Below are positions 20,776-31,859 of a DNA stretch of 64,000 nucleotides, piece by piece; positions within the stretch are counted from its first letter, which is position 1, and every line of letters begins with the position of its first letter. Source of the DNA: a bacterium (GTDB taxonomy: Bacteria > UBA8248). The position numbers were made by a program, and so were the translations under genes. A model generated the notes under the pieces. The model did not search any database and was not told the origin of the DNA. It saw only the letters and a list, made by a program, of their open reading frames with translations. Location: NCBI GenBank assembly GCA_965200245.1, contig CBDATS010000005.1, forward strand, positions 448,001-512,000, in the 5' to 3' direction.

Positions 20776-22074
20776 GTGACAGCGCATCTTGAACGCTTCT
20801 TCGGACTGGCGCAGTGCGGCACCAACGTACGAACGGAAATTACGGCGGGCGTGACGACATTCCTGACGATGGCCTACATCGCCTTCGTAAACCCGCAGAT
20901 ACTTTCAAACGCCGGCATGCTGTTCGACGCTGTGTTCGTCGCCACCTGCATCGCTGCGTCACTCAGTACGCTGCTGATGGGACTTTATGCCAACTACCCG
21001 ATTGCGCTGGCGCCAGGCATGGGCCTCAACGCGTTCTTCGCCTTCAGCGTCGTGCTCGGCCTCGGCCACAAATGAGAAGTCGCGCTAGGCGCGGTCTTCG
21101 TTTCCGGGTTGTTGTTCCTGGTGATCAGCATATTGCCGGTGCGACGCTGGATCGTAGAGGCGATACCACAGGGTCTGAAACTGGCCATCGCGGCCGGTAT
21201 CGGCCTGTTCCTGGGCATCATCGCGCTCAAGAACGCCGGCATCATCCAAGGCAGCAAGGCAACACTGGTCACTCTTGGCCACCTGACGACGCCCGGACCA
21301 TTGCTGTGCTTGGTCGGCTTCTGTTTGATCGTGGCGCTCGCCGCGCGCAAGGTGCCGGGCGCCGCGCTCATCGGGATGCTGGCCGTCTCCGTTACAGGCT
21401 TGATTTTCGGTGTCTCGAAATGGAAGGGCATCGCCTCGCTGCCCCCTGATCCCACGCCGACGCTTTTCGCGCTGGACATCGCCGGCGCGCTGCAAGTGAA
21501 CATGCTTGCAGTCATTCTTGCATTCCTGCTCGTCGACTTGTTCGACACCACGGGCACGCTGATTGGCGTGGCACACCAGGCACGACTCCTGGACGACAAA
21601 GGGCGGCTTCCGCACATGCAGCGCGCGCTGATCGCCGATTCGGCGGGAACGGTCGGAGGCGCCCTGCTCGGCACCTCTCCCGTTACGAGCTATATCGAGA
21701 GCGCAGCCGGGGCGGGCGCGGGCGGACGCACGGGTCTGAGCGCAGTCGTCGTGGCCGTATTGTTCCTCACCTGCCTGTTCTTCTCGCCGCTCGCGGGTTC
21801 TATACCACCATACGCGACTGCAGCGGCCATTCTCTACGTGGCCTGTCTGATGGCGCGCCCACTCATGGACCTGGACTGGAACGACGTGACAGAATCGGCC
21901 GCTGCAGTCCTGACCGTCATCGCCATTCCGATGACGTTTTCCATCGCCGACGGCATCGGCATCGGGGTCATCACCTACGTACTGATCAAGATGATGGCGG
22001 GACGCATGGGCGAATGCTCGCCAACGCTGATCGGGGTCGCGCTTCTGTTTGCCATCAAGTTCGCGTGGCTGTGA
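20776..22074 (+). pseudogene. NCS2/AzgA purine permease interrupted by an in-frame TGA at 21073-21075
   Basis: TTFLTMAYI and APGMGLNAFF, then GLGHK*EVALGAVF continuing in frame to DTTGT and YIESAAG. The stop sits at a normally Trp position. Confidence 0.8.
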
Positions 22075-22424
22075 CGCCAATCAGCACCTTCGGTCCGCTT
22101 CGATATATGAGATGTCCATAGCCGGACAGGCGTAAAACTTGTTCGGGAACTGACGTATCCGCCCTATCCCCAGTGCAGATATCATGAATCAGGCGAACAC
22201 AGGTGCTCTATCCTGCGAAGCACCATTCGGGCAGGGACAACTCCTGGCACCTGCCCTGACGAGGGAACAGAAATTTGAAAAGACAGTCTGTCAACGGGTC
22301 TCTGCTACGGGCCCCCACGGGATACCGGCGAATATCCATTCATCAATAGCGTTTGACCCTTGCACCCCGTTTGAAATTCTTTGATCATGGGTGGTGGTTT
22401 CTGAATTCCGGGAAGGAGCGAGAC

Positions 22425-22712
22425 GTGTGGGGCGACAAGACACCCGAGGGAGTAAGGGGCTCACCGGATCTCAAGCGCATCGCCACGGTGGGCGGGCAGA
22501 TGGAGGCCTTGATCCTCAAAAGCAGGCTTGAGGCCGAACAGATTCCCGTGCACTTAAGCTACGATTCGGCGGGTTCAGTCTACGCCTTCAGCCACACGAA
22601 CCTTGGTACGGTCCACCTCATGGTGCCCGAGGTTTTCGCGGAAGCGGCCCTTAACATTTACCGGGAACTCAGAGGTGGTGGAGAAGTGCCCGGATCATCC
22701 ATCGATACATAG
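22425..22712 (+). CDS. DUF2007-like putative signal-transducing protein
   Basis: EALILKSRLEAEQIPV...HLMVPE...AAL pattern. Confidence 0.7.
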   Translation: MWGDKTPEGVRGSPDLKRIATVGGQMEALILKSRLEAEQIPVHLSYDSAGSVYAFSHTNLGTVHLMVPEVFAEAALNIYRELRGGGEVPGSSIDT

Positions 22713-22722
22713 AGACGACGTC

Positions 22723-23283
22723 ATGACGGACAACGAAACGGACCTGAAAGCCCTGCGGACGCTTTTGCTCGAGAAAGCGTATGAAAAAAGGGCGGTGACG
22801 CTCACCTCGGGACGGCCGAGCGATTTCTACGTCGACTGCCGCCAAGTGACCCTGCACGGCGAGGGAGCGCGGCTCGTGGGCCGGGTGATCCTTGATCGAA
22901 TCAGGGGAAGCGGCGTGGAAGCCGTGGGCGGCCCCACCCTGGGCGCGGACCCTATGGTGACGGCCGTATCAATGACGGCGGCGCTTTGCGGCCTGGACAT
23001 TCCCGCCTTCATCATCCGAAAGGCCGAGAAGGGCCACGGGATGCAAAACCGTATCGAGGGAGCGGGGAACCTGAGGCCCGGCTTTAAGGTCGCCATCATC
23101 GAAGATGTGGTGACCACGGCGGCCTCCACCTTCACGGCCATCGACGCGGCACTGGCTTTTGGTCTCGAAATCGTTCACATCATCTGCCTCGTTGATCGCG
23201 AGGAAGGTGGACGAGAAAATCTTGCCGCACGCGGCTACGATCTGGACGCCGTGTTCACGAAGAGCAGTCTGGTGGGGGAATGA
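22723..23283 (+). CDS. pyrE: Orotate phosphoribosyltransferase
   Basis: LTSGRPSDFYVD, RKAEKGHG, IIEDVVTT, VDREEGG. Confidence 0.95.
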   Translation: MTDNETDLKALRTLLLEKAYEKRAVTLTSGRPSDFYVDCRQVTLHGEGARLVGRVILDRIRGSGVEAVGGPTLGADPMVTAVSMTAALCGLDIPAFIIRKAEKGHGMQNRIEGAGNLRPGFKVAIIEDVVTTAASTFTAIDAALAFGLEIVHIICLVDREEGGRENLAARGYDLDAVFTKSSLVGE

Positions 23284-23348
23284 GGGCCAGGTGCAATCTC
23301 GTAATTCCAGCCTCCATTGATCAGGAAACCATATCTTGGGGAGGGGCA

Positions 23349-23621
23349 ATGTCCATTCCGCTCACGTGAGATTTCAGAGAAACGATTCAGGCACGGGTCC
23401 AACAAGATACTCCCTTCCGGGAGAAACTTCTGGAAGAAGGTGTCGAATTCCTGCGCTCGGGAGAGATGGTAGTCGGCAAGACGGTACAGAGCGATATCGT
23501 CAACGCGACTCCCGACCTTGATACTCCAAGCTCCCTCACCGGAAAATCCCTGAAATGCCCCATGCGTATACGCGGACATACATATCCTGGAGCTATTTGG
23601 CCACACCACATACGGAAATAG
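23349..23621 (+). pseudogene. Degenerate addiction-module antidote / HTH regulator
   Basis: Manual translation MSIPLT*DFRETIQARVQQDTPFREKLLEEGVEFLRSGE...GK....DIVNAT resembles the MxLTRDFKETIxARxxxD antitoxin family; TGA at an Arg position. Confidence 0.65.
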
Positions 23622-24179
23622 TATTTGCCACTCGCCGTCTGCCCATTTGAGAGACTATTTCTCTTGAAATCAGATACATCAACGGCAATTTACATGTAAA
23701 GAGCCGCTCACGGATCTGAAAGCGACCGAAACGGCGCTCGATAGTCCGCATTGTTCATGACGATAGATTTTGTTGGGGTATTGGCGCGTTTTTCGTCCGG
23801 GTTTACGGATTTCATGAGGTTCAGTTTGTTTTGGTTTTTGGGGTTGGTTTGCGGCTCTTGCCGCGTTGGTCAGGATCCTTGAGCGGCGATGCGTTGGAAC
23901 ACGCCCGCGAGCATCGGCTGGTTTGCCGCTCCTCCTTCGTAAATGCGGACCGGCTGCAGACACCGCCCGCCCGCATGGGCGTTGAAAAAGGACAACCGTT
24001 GACCACCACAGGTGCGGTCGATTGTGTCGTCAATGTCCAGCACAGAATTTGGGGGAACGCAGAAAAATTTCTTGCGTTTCCACCGGAATGTCCCGTATCC
24101 TGTTCATGATGCAAAAGAAAAACGAAAGCAGCGTGGGTGTCAACCCATACCCATTTCTCTCGGGAAAGGAGACAGGAAC

Positions 24180-24449
24180 ATGAAGACAGCGGCCGAGATG
24201 CGGCAGCAGCTGAGTGAGAAGGCAGGCACGGACGAGGCGTTCCGGCAGAAACTGCTCGACGACCCGCGCGGCACGATCGAAAGCGAGTTCGATGTCGCCC
24301 TGCCGGCCGGTTTTTCGGTTTCGGTGCTCGAGGACAGTGCGGATCATGCGCATCTGGTGATCCCGCCCTCGTCGCTGATCCCCGACAGCGACCTCGAGAG
24401 CGTCAGCGGCGGGATAGACCGGTGGGGTAGCCGCGACTACGGCCCCTGA
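24180..24449 (+). CDS. NHLP-leader (proteusin-type) RiPP precursor; core IDRWGSRDYGP
   Basis: KAGTDEAFRQKLLDDPRGTIE...VLEDSADHAHLVIP..DSDLESVSGG leader ending in double Gly; RBS AAGGAGA upstream. Confidence 0.9.
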   Translation: MKTAAEMRQQLSEKAGTDEAFRQKLLDDPRGTIESEFDVALPAGFSVSVLEDSADHAHLVIPPSSLIPDSDLESVSGGIDRWGSRDYGP

Positions 24450-24479
24450 CCCTGGCGGGGTCGATAAGTGGCACATATA

Positions 24480-25342
24480 TCAGGCGGCCTCGTTTACTGG
24501 CGGAACAGGACTTTCGGGGTCCATGCCGCTCACTGCGATACCATCGAACCGGCGGCACAGGTTGGCCAGACGTATGTCATCGGTCTGGTCCATTTTATTG
24601 AAAACCCGAATGACAGGTGTGCCGACAGGTCCGATCCCGTCCAGGATTTTTTCTACCGAATTCAGGTTGTCCTCACAATGGGGGGATGAGGCATCCACAA
24701 CATGAAGCAGGAGATCCGCTTCGCTCAACTCTTCCAATGTCGCGCGGAACGCCCCTGTCAATTCCCGGGGGAGGTTGTGAATGAAACCGACGGTATCCGT
24801 GATGATGACTTCCTGTTCGCGGGGAAGCCTGAGTCTGCGGCTCGATGTGTCCAGGGTGGCGAAAAGCCGGTCCCCGGCCATGACGTCGCTGTCTGTCAGG
24901 GCGTTGAGCAGTGTGGATTTTCCGGCGTTGGTATAGCCTACCAGGGAAAGAATCGGTACCTGGCGCCACGTGATGGAGCATGGGAACTGCGAGGATGAGG
25001 GAATCGCGGCAATCCTGAACAGGCATTCCGTGTCCATCAGGGAAGCGGTGCAGATGATGACGGGCCCGTTTCATGGCGAGAGCCGGAAACATCTCCAGTG
25101 TGGACGGGTTCTGCTGTCGCTGCAATCTGCGTGTAACGGACCCAGCTTATGTGCCCGGGTTTACGTGGCGGAAGTGTGTGGGCCTGTGAGGGGCGGGGAT
25201 GGGTGCCATGATGCTGTCCCGGGAAAGCAGGGTCCGGAATACCGGAATCCGGTTTACCTCCTGCATGTCCTGAACTGACAAGGACTGGTAACCGAAAACC
25301 CTGCCGGCGAGCCAGGGACATCGATAATCTGATCTTTCCCAA
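24480..25342 (-). pseudogene. hflX: GTPase HflX, degraded (only the G domain is recognisable)
   Basis: LVGYTNAGKSTL, LFATLD, DTVGFI, AFRATLEE, NKMD; the N-terminal region is scrambled. Confidence 0.8.
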
Positions 25343-25376
25343 TCGGGCTTTTCCGGGTGCCTGGTCGTGCCATGAA

Positions 25377-25586
25377 TCATCCGGCCCTCAGTGAGCGCAG
25401 CGGCAGGGCTTCGGTCTCCGGAGTGGATGGATCGGGACGTCGCGACGCATGGTCGATGTCAAAGCCAGTCACGCCACCACCAGGGCCTGCGTTTACTCCG
25501 TCTGAAACTTCGCGCGTCTCCGCGCCCGACTCGGACCTGAACTCGATATAAAGGCTGTCGGTACAAGGAGAGTAGTGCAGCTTCAT
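25377..25586 (-). CDS. DUF2283 domain protein, possibly degenerate
   Basis: MKLHY...TDSLYIEF...ETREVSDGV...GFDIDHAS. Confidence 0.75.
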   Translation of the reverse strand: MKLHYSPCTDSLYIEFRSESGAETREVSDGVNAGPGGGVTGFDIDHASRRPDPSTPETEALPLRSLRAG

Positions 25587-25871
25587 TGTTCCTCCTCCTC
25601 AGAATCTTCGGTCGGAGAAAGTGTTGTGAATTCTCTCCCCGTCGGCAAGCGTGATTGCGCGGAGAATACGTGGGGTGCCCACACCCGGCCGCGTAATTCC
25701 TCCCCAGAAGCGCACCCGCCCATCAGGCTGTTCCTCGTGGCGTAAAGAGGCGGTGATGATCCTAACGTACCATTCAGGCTCGATTTAAGGGCACTTGCGC
25801 AAGATATGTTCCTCGAAATACCGCATCGTATTCGACCGGAATATGTTATATATACGGAATGAGGCGAGACC

Positions 25872-26104
25872 ATGGTTATCAAATCGCAAATTTCCAAGTG
25901 GGACAACAGCTTGGCGCTAAGGATTCCACGACCCGTCGCCGATCAGTGAGGGTCAAGGAAGGGACAGAAATCGAGATCATGCCCCGTGGCGACCAAGTGG
26001 TCTTGAGAAAGAATATCCTTACCCTTGAAACCATGATAGAATAAATCTGCCCCGAGGAAATCCACGCATTGGTGGACTATGGAGCAGAGGCTGGCGCGGA
26101 ATAA
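25872..26104 (+). pseudogene. mazE: MazE/AbrB-type antitoxin with frameshift and stops
   Basis: MVIKSQISKWDNSLALRIP...DQ, shifted VKEGTEIEI...TLETMIE*ICPEEIH. Confidence 0.75.
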
Positions 26105-26438
26105 TGGTAGCATATGTGCCGGATAGAGGGGACATCGCTTGGTTGGCCTTTACTCCTCGGGCCAGGCATAAGCAGCCGGGATACCGCCCTGCCTTAGTTC
26201 TCAGCCCGAAAATTTATAACGAGAAAACTGGCTTGGCGTTTTCTGCCCCGTCACGTCCCGGGTCAAGGGCTATCCCTTCGAAGTTGCCTAGCCCACCGCT
26301 GGCCCTGTTTCGAGAGTGGTGTTGTCCGACCAATTAAATAATCTGGACTGGCGGGCCAGGCGTGCATGCTTTGAATGCCGGACGACTGCCCGTGTGGTGG
26401 GAGAGGTCATCAAAAATTTGAGAGTCTTTCTGGATTAA
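26104..26438 (+). pseudogene. mazF: MazF/PemK endoribonuclease toxin, frameshifted
   Basis: YVPDRGDIAWL.F.P...RPALVLSP..YN, shift to CPVTSRVKGYPFEV*...VLSDQL..LDWRAR. Confidence 0.85.
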
Positions 26439-26683
26439 ATGTAATTGTGACACGTTCCCGTCCGATCGGGATAATCAATGTCTATGCCCGCAACTCGCAC
26501 GGTTCCGCCCATCGACGCCCGGGGAAACGTCACGCGGTACAACTCATGACTTTATACACGGAACAGGTCACTTGCGGATGTGATGCTCCCTATCGTTTCC
26601 TTGCCAGCCAGTTGGACTTGCCCTTGGTGCCCAGGCGGCAAAATCCTCTGTTTCACACTGTTGCGCGTTAGAGGTGAAAACGC

Positions 26684-28333
26684 TTGCCTGAAATCGAGTA
26701 TCTTTGGGATATTGTCATCGTACTCGGGTCGGCGGTCGTGGTTGCCACGATACTTCGTCGCGCAGGAGTTCCGTCGATAGCCGGGTTGATCCTTGCGGGT
26801 ACCCTGTCCGGACCCACTGCATTGGGTCTCGTGGACAATACTCATCAAGTCGAGGTGTTGGCCGAGATCGGCGTCGTCCTTCTCCTCTTCGGAATCGGCC
26901 TGGAACTCTCTCTCGAACACCTCCGACGTCTGTGGAAAGTCATCCTGTTGGGCGGAACCATTCAGGTAACGGCCACGGTCGCATGCGCCGCAGCCGTGGC
27001 CTCCTGGTTCGGGCTGGAAACGGGTCCTGCGGTATTTCTCGGCTGTGTCATAGCCATATCGAGCACCGCCGTTATTTTGCGTGGCCTATCCAAGCGGGGT
27101 GAACTGGATGCGCCACACGGCCGTCTGGCGGTCGGCATTCTCGTCTTTCAGGACTTGTGCGTGGTTCCAATGCTTCTGGCAGTACCCATTCTGGCTGGAC
27201 AAGAGAACTCTGCACGGGAAATCGTAATCGCGACCACCACCAGTCTTGCGATCCTTGGGGGCGTGTTGATCGCAGCCGGCTACATCGTCCCATATCTACT
27301 CACATTCGTGGCCAAGACGAAAGAGAGAGATATCTTCGTTCTGTCGGTCTTTCTCGGATGTTTCGGGATCGCATGGGGTCTGTCGCAGGCGGGAATCTCG
27401 CTGGCACTCGGGGGATTCCTCGCAGGCCTGATCTTCGCTGGGAGCGAGTTTCGTCACCAGGCGATGTCGGATCTGATTCCCGTGCGAGAAGTATTCGCCA
27501 GCGTATTTTTTGTTTCTGTGGGTATGTTGCTGGATATTTCGGATGTGTTCGCTCACCTGACGTCGACTCTCGGGCTTCTCGGACTCATCCTCATCGGTAA
27601 ATTCTCAATTATACTCGTAATGGGGTTGATTCTACGATTGTCATTTCGCGTGGCTATTCTGTCGGCGGCCGCTTTGTGTCAGATCGGCGAGTTCTCTTTC
27701 GTACTCCTGAACGCAGCCTCGGGAACAGGTCTCCTGGAAGCCACGCTATCCCACAATCTCTTGACGGCGATCATCCTGTCCATGCTGCTTACTCCGATGG
27801 TTATCTCATTTGGCCCGTACCTGGCTCTCGGCGCGAGCCGTGTCCCTTGGTTAAACCGGATGCTGGATGCAGAACCTCCCGGAATTGGCACTCACGAACC
27901 ACACAGCGATCATGTTATTGTCGCCGGATATGGCCGATCAGGTCGAGAGGTTTGCCGAGCCGCTCGGGCCGCAGGGTTCTCCTGTATCGCGGTTGACGTA
28001 AACGTCGACAATGTCCGTGAAGCAAAAGCGACGGGAGACTTGGCCGTCTTCGGAGATATCACCCGGAAGGAAGTGCTGGAAGAACTTGGTTGCAGGAATG
28101 CCCGTCTGGTAATGGTGTCCATCAATGACAACCGGGCCGCCGAGCTTGCAATCCGCATGATTCGTCGAACGGCTCCCGACGCTCCCATCATCGCACGTGC
28201 CCTGTATGACATAGACGAAGACGCGCTGCGGGCTGCCGGCGCTACCAAGGTCGTCACAGCGGAAGCCACGACCAGCGCCGTGCTCGTCGGCACATGTCTC
28301 GCAGAACTGGGTTCGACAAGATTGGAAGCCTAG
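26684..28333 (+). CDS. CPA2 cation:proton antiporter with TrkA-N domain (Kef-like)
   Basis: AEIGVVLLLFGIGLE, GILVFQD, QIGEFSFV, VAGYGRSG. Confidence 0.92.
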   Translation: MPEIEYLWDIVIVLGSAVVVATILRRAGVPSIAGLILAGTLSGPTALGLVDNTHQVEVLAEIGVVLLLFGIGLELSLEHLRRLWKVILLGGTIQVTATVACAAAVASWFGLETGPAVFLGCVIAISSTAVILRGLSKRGELDAPHGRLAVGILVFQDLCVVPMLLAVPILAGQENSAREIVIATTTSLAILGGVLIAAGYIVPYLLTFVAKTKERDIFVLSVFLGCFGIAWGLSQAGISLALGGFLAGLIFAGSEFRHQAMSDLIPVREVFASVFFVSVGMLLDISDVFAHLTSTLGLLGLILIGKFSIILVMGLILRLSFRVAILSAAALCQIGEFSFVLLNAASGTGLLEATLSHNLLTAIILSMLLTPMVISFGPYLALGASRVPWLNRMLDAEPPGIGTHEPHSDHVIVAGYGRSGREVCRAARAAGFSCIAVDVNVDNVREAKATGDLAVFGDITRKEVLEELGCRNARLVMVSINDNRAAELAIRMIRRTAPDAPIIARALYDIDEDALRAAGATKVVTAEATTSAVLVGTCLAELGSTRLEA

Positions 28334-28672
28334 TTCTGGAAACCATGTAGGGTCGAAGCGGGAAAAGGTTCCGTCACTATTCCATTGCAGCTTCCGCTCA
28401 GTTCGTACTCGCTGCGGCTAGCAATGAGGCAGGACCGAAGCGCCAGTCCTCGATCTAGGGATCGGTCACTTTTTTCTTCCAATCAGTTTCCATTCCGAGA
28501 GCGCGGAAAAATGCCGCAGGTCCGCTTTCGCGGAGGAACAGGACAGTGGCGGCGAAACCGACCGCGTACGTGAAATAGAGATCGGTGCCGCATTTTGATA
28601 ATCCAAGGGTATGAAAAGGCAATCCAACTCCAGGCAAGAAACCAAAAATACAGGCGACACCTTGAGACTGAC

Positions 28673-29419
28673 TCATCCCCCCATGACGATGCCACCGTTT
28701 ACATCCAGGCAGACGCCAGTGATGTACTCTGCCTCGTCCGATGCCAGGAAAAGCGCGGCATTTGCCACATCCGAGGGTCTGCCGACACGGCCGAGCGGTA
28801 TCTGTTTCACGATCCCATCGTGGCGGGCGGGGAGCCATCCATCGGTCAGGGGCGTGGCCGTGGGGCCGGGCGCGATGGCGTTCACCGTGACGCCGTAAGG
28901 TCCGAGCGTCCTGGCAAGCGAGCGCGTGAGGCCAATGACGCCGGCTTTCGCCGAGGTGTAGGGGGATGCCGCCCGCAAAACCGCCCGAGCGCCACGCGGA
29001 TGATGAGAGGTTGATGCGACCATAGCGCCTTTCCATCATGGGCTCCGAGACGACGCGGGCGCAGAGGTATTCACCTTTCAGGTTCACGTCGATCACGGCG
29101 TCCCAGTCGTCTTCCGTGTATTCGAGATAACCCTTCTTGGGAGATATACCCGCGTTGTTGACGAGGATGTCGATTTTGCCGAACGCCTTAAGGCAGGATT
29201 CGGCCATCTCCTGAACGGCGGCGGAATCGGAAACGTCGGCCTCAAACGCCAAAACGCCGGGCACACGTACAGATAGCCCCTCCAGGAGGCCCTGGACGGC
29301 GCGGGCTTTTGGTCGCAGACGAGCAATGATGCACCTTCCGCCGCGAAACGCCTGGCCGTGGCCTCACCCAGGCCGCTTCCCGCTCCCGTGATGATGGCTG
29401 CCTTGTCCCTGAGCCGCAT
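28673..29419 (-). pseudogene. SDR/FabG-like oxidoreductase with at least two frameshifts
   Basis: ITGAGSGLG (frame 1), NNAGIS (frame 2), YTSAKAG...NAIAPG (frame 3). Confidence 0.85.
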
Positions 29420-29432
29420 GTGGTTCGCCTGA

Positions 29433-30209
29433 TCAGAATTGAACGAAGCCGCCATCCACGTTGATGGCCTGGCCGGTGATGCCGCCCGAGTCCTCACACG
29501 CCAGCAGAAGGGCAAGCGGAGCACACTCCTCCGGGTCGATAAAACGCTTCATCGGCACCCTGTTCCTGAGTTCCTCTTCCTGTTCCTCGAAGCTCTTGCC
29601 CGTCTCGTCAGCCCATTTCTGGATGCTCTCCTCAAACATGCCGGTCGAGACGAAGGTAGGGCAGATGCAGTTCGCCGTGATGCCGTACGGGGCGACTTCA
29701 GCCGAAAGCGCTTTGGTGAGGCCAAGGACGGCGTGTTTCGAGGCCGCGTAGGCACTTCTGTAAGCCAGACCGATTTTCCCCGAAACAGACGCCACGTTGA
29801 TGATCTTTCCCGATTTTCGCTCAAGCATTGAGGGTAGAACCTCGCGTATCGCCGTGAATGGAGCTTTGGCGTTGATTTGCATGGTGCGCTCCCAAACTTC
29901 GTCGGGAAGTTCGTGAACGGCTTCAAAGCTCACGATACCGGCGTTGTTCACGAGAATGTCGATGGGGCCGAGCACATCGACCGTCTTGCGCAGCGAATCG
30001 AGAATATCCTCATCCCTCATGACGTCGCAGGCGCACACGAGCGCCTTTCGCCCCATCGCCTCGATTTCCTTGGCGAGCGCCTCGAGTTTATCGACAGAGC
30101 GGGCAGCAAGGGCAATGTTCGCTCCCTCGCTCGCGTAGGTGCGCGCAATGGCGCCGCCAATGCCGCCGGATGCGCCCGTGATGAATGCGACTTTACCTTC
30201 GAGTTTCAT
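29433..30209 (-). CDS. SDR oxidoreductase
   Basis: TGASGGIG, NNAG, YAASK, GQAINVDGG. Confidence 0.92.
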   Translation of the reverse strand: MKLEGKVAFITGASGGIGGAIARTYASEGANIALAARSVDKLEALAKEIEAMGRKALVCACDVMRDEDILDSLRKTVDVLGPIDILVNNAGIVSFEAVHELPDEVWERTMQINAKAPFTAIREVLPSMLERKSGKIINVASVSGKIGLAYRSAYAASKHAVLGLTKALSAEVAPYGITANCICPTFVSTGMFEESIQKWADETGKSFEEQEEELRNRVPMKRFIDPEECAPLALLLACEDSGGITGQAINVDGGFVQF

Positions 30210-30275
30210 GCTTTCTCCTTATCCGTGATCAATTCCAAAGCTTCGCGCGCAGCCTTCGTGAAAAAGCGTTATCGC

Positions 30276-31538
30276 TCAGCAGACCTCGCGTACGATGGCC
30301 TCGAATTCCTCGTTCCCCAGTTGACGCTTTCGCCAGCGAATCTCGGCGCGAACCCGCTCAACAACGTCTTTTTCCTTCTCCTGCGGGAGGTCGAGGTCAA
30401 GTTCCCTCGCCTTGGCACGGACTGCCCAGTTGCCCGAATAATGGCCCAGCAGATTGTGCATGCCGTTACCGAACATCCCGGGCTTCATGCACGAATACGC
30501 CCAGAAGCCCTCCTCCGTGTCGGGCACGCAATAATGCACTTCCACCAGGTGGGAGAATGCCGTTTTCCCGACGAAGGGCATGGTGTCCGTCATGGGCCAC
30601 TTCATGATGTCGGAGACGAGTTTCGAGAGTTCATACATCTTCTCGAGCCTGATCCCGCAGTCGATGCCGTAGTAGATCTGGATTACAGCAGCGACCTCCG
30701 CCAAGGGAGCTATGTGGGCGCGCTCGCCCAGCCCGTTCACGCAGGCGTCGATCAAGTCCGCTCCGCCCTCAAGTCCGGCGTACAGTGCAGCACACGCCAG
30801 ACCAATGTCGTTGTGGGTGTGCAGACCGATTTCAGTACCGGGCAGCAGTCGCTTCATTTCGCGGACGACATAGGTGTACACCGGCGTGATCGCCATGCCA
30901 TTTATGTCGTCGAGCTTTATCATGTCAGCACCTGCATCCACGAGTTTGCTACACACCTCGGCAAGCCGCTCTATCGGAATGCGCGTGCAGTCCTGGATCA
31001 GGCAGCCCACTTTCCTTTCGGGTCCCGATTTTTCCCGGGCGTAGGCCACCGAACCGCAGGCGCGCTCAATGGCTTGCTCGATAGTGATGTTCGGGTCTCC
31101 CGCCATCGATTCGAACAAACACATCTGGTTCGGAGAGAAGGAAAAACAAAGGGTCGTATAGTCCGCGCCATGCTCCACGTTCAGATCGACTTCCACCTTG
31201 GCAAGCTCGGGGTTGAGCACCGCGGTGGGATGCACGAGAGCCTCCACGATGAGGTCAGGATGACGCCGTTTCACCTCCTCCATTTCCCTGGGATCGTCGT
31301 GGTGCATCTGCACCATGCTCACGCCGGCATCGACGAGCGCATCGGCGATGCGTATGACCTCATCGCGCCTCAACGATACGCCCGGAAGCTGCCTGCCTTC
31401 CCTCAGGGTGATGTCGCAAAGCTGGAATTTTTCCGGCAGCGTCATCTTTGATCGGATTTCTTCCGAGAAACAATGCTGTGAAATCCGCCAGTTCTCAGTG
31501 GTGGGTTCCAGATTGCTGTTCACGGGATAGCCTGGCAT
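30276..31538 (-). CDS. DRE-TIM metallolyase (homocitrate/isopropylmalate synthase-like)
   Basis: DITLREGRQ, HTHND, NGLGERA; no LeuA regulatory domain. Confidence 0.85.
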   Translation of the reverse strand: MPGYPVNSNLEPTTENWRISQHCFSEEIRSKMTLPEKFQLCDITLREGRQLPGVSLRRDEVIRIADALVDAGVSMVQMHHDDPREMEEVKRRHPDLIVEALVHPTAVLNPELAKVEVDLNVEHGADYTTLCFSFSPNQMCLFESMAGDPNITIEQAIERACGSVAYAREKSGPERKVGCLIQDCTRIPIERLAEVCSKLVDAGADMIKLDDINGMAITPVYTYVVREMKRLLPGTEIGLHTHNDIGLACAALYAGLEGGADLIDACVNGLGERAHIAPLAEVAAVIQIYYGIDCGIRLEKMYELSKLVSDIMKWPMTDTMPFVGKTAFSHLVEVHYCVPDTEEGFWAYSCMKPGMFGNGMHNLLGHYSGNWAVRAKARELDLDLPQEKEKDVVERVRAEIRWRKRQLGNEEFEAIVREVC

Positions 31539-31768
31539 TACAACCTCCTTTGATGGAACAAAGTTACTTCCGCAACGAAGTGAAAATGCAAAACAAGTCC
31601 AGATACGCATCGTTTCATCGCTTGGCAGAAATCTTTCTCATCCCCAAGCCATTCATTCGCAACGTGCCCGGAGTGTAACGTCTAATGAAATTGAACGGCC
31701 AAATCTTCCCTCTAGGTGAATGCTGGTCAGATTTTCAACTCGCCTTGAAGTGGAGAGGAAAATCCTTG

Positions 31769-31859
31769 AAGTGGTATACAAACTGGCATGCAGTTCGCCG
31801 AGTTTCCAGATTCTATAAATAACTACAATGCTTTAGAATCAAATGAAAGTGGTATACAA
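31769..31859. promoter_or_regulatory. Two identical 13-bp sites AAGTGGTATACAA (GntR/FadR-like operator candidates)
   Basis: Exact copies at 31769-31781 and 31847-31859 in an AT-rich divergent intergenic region. Confidence 0.5.

Noticed and set aside
21073-21075. TGA in the NCS2 permease as selenocysteine or genetic code 4/25
   Set aside because: The column is normally Trp, not Cys, and many intact genes here end in TGA (nadK, pyrE, cyclophilin), so UGA is a normal stop
23367-23369. TGA in the antitoxin-like gene as Sec
   Set aside because: Corresponds to an Arg codon (CGA>TGA) and the rest of the gene is degenerate
29877-31451. 524-aa plus-strand ORF and similar long antisense ORFs (e.g. 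366-1202, 10527-11528, 57044-58042)
   Set aside because: Shadow ORFs opposite well-supported genes in GC-rich DNA, with no family motifs
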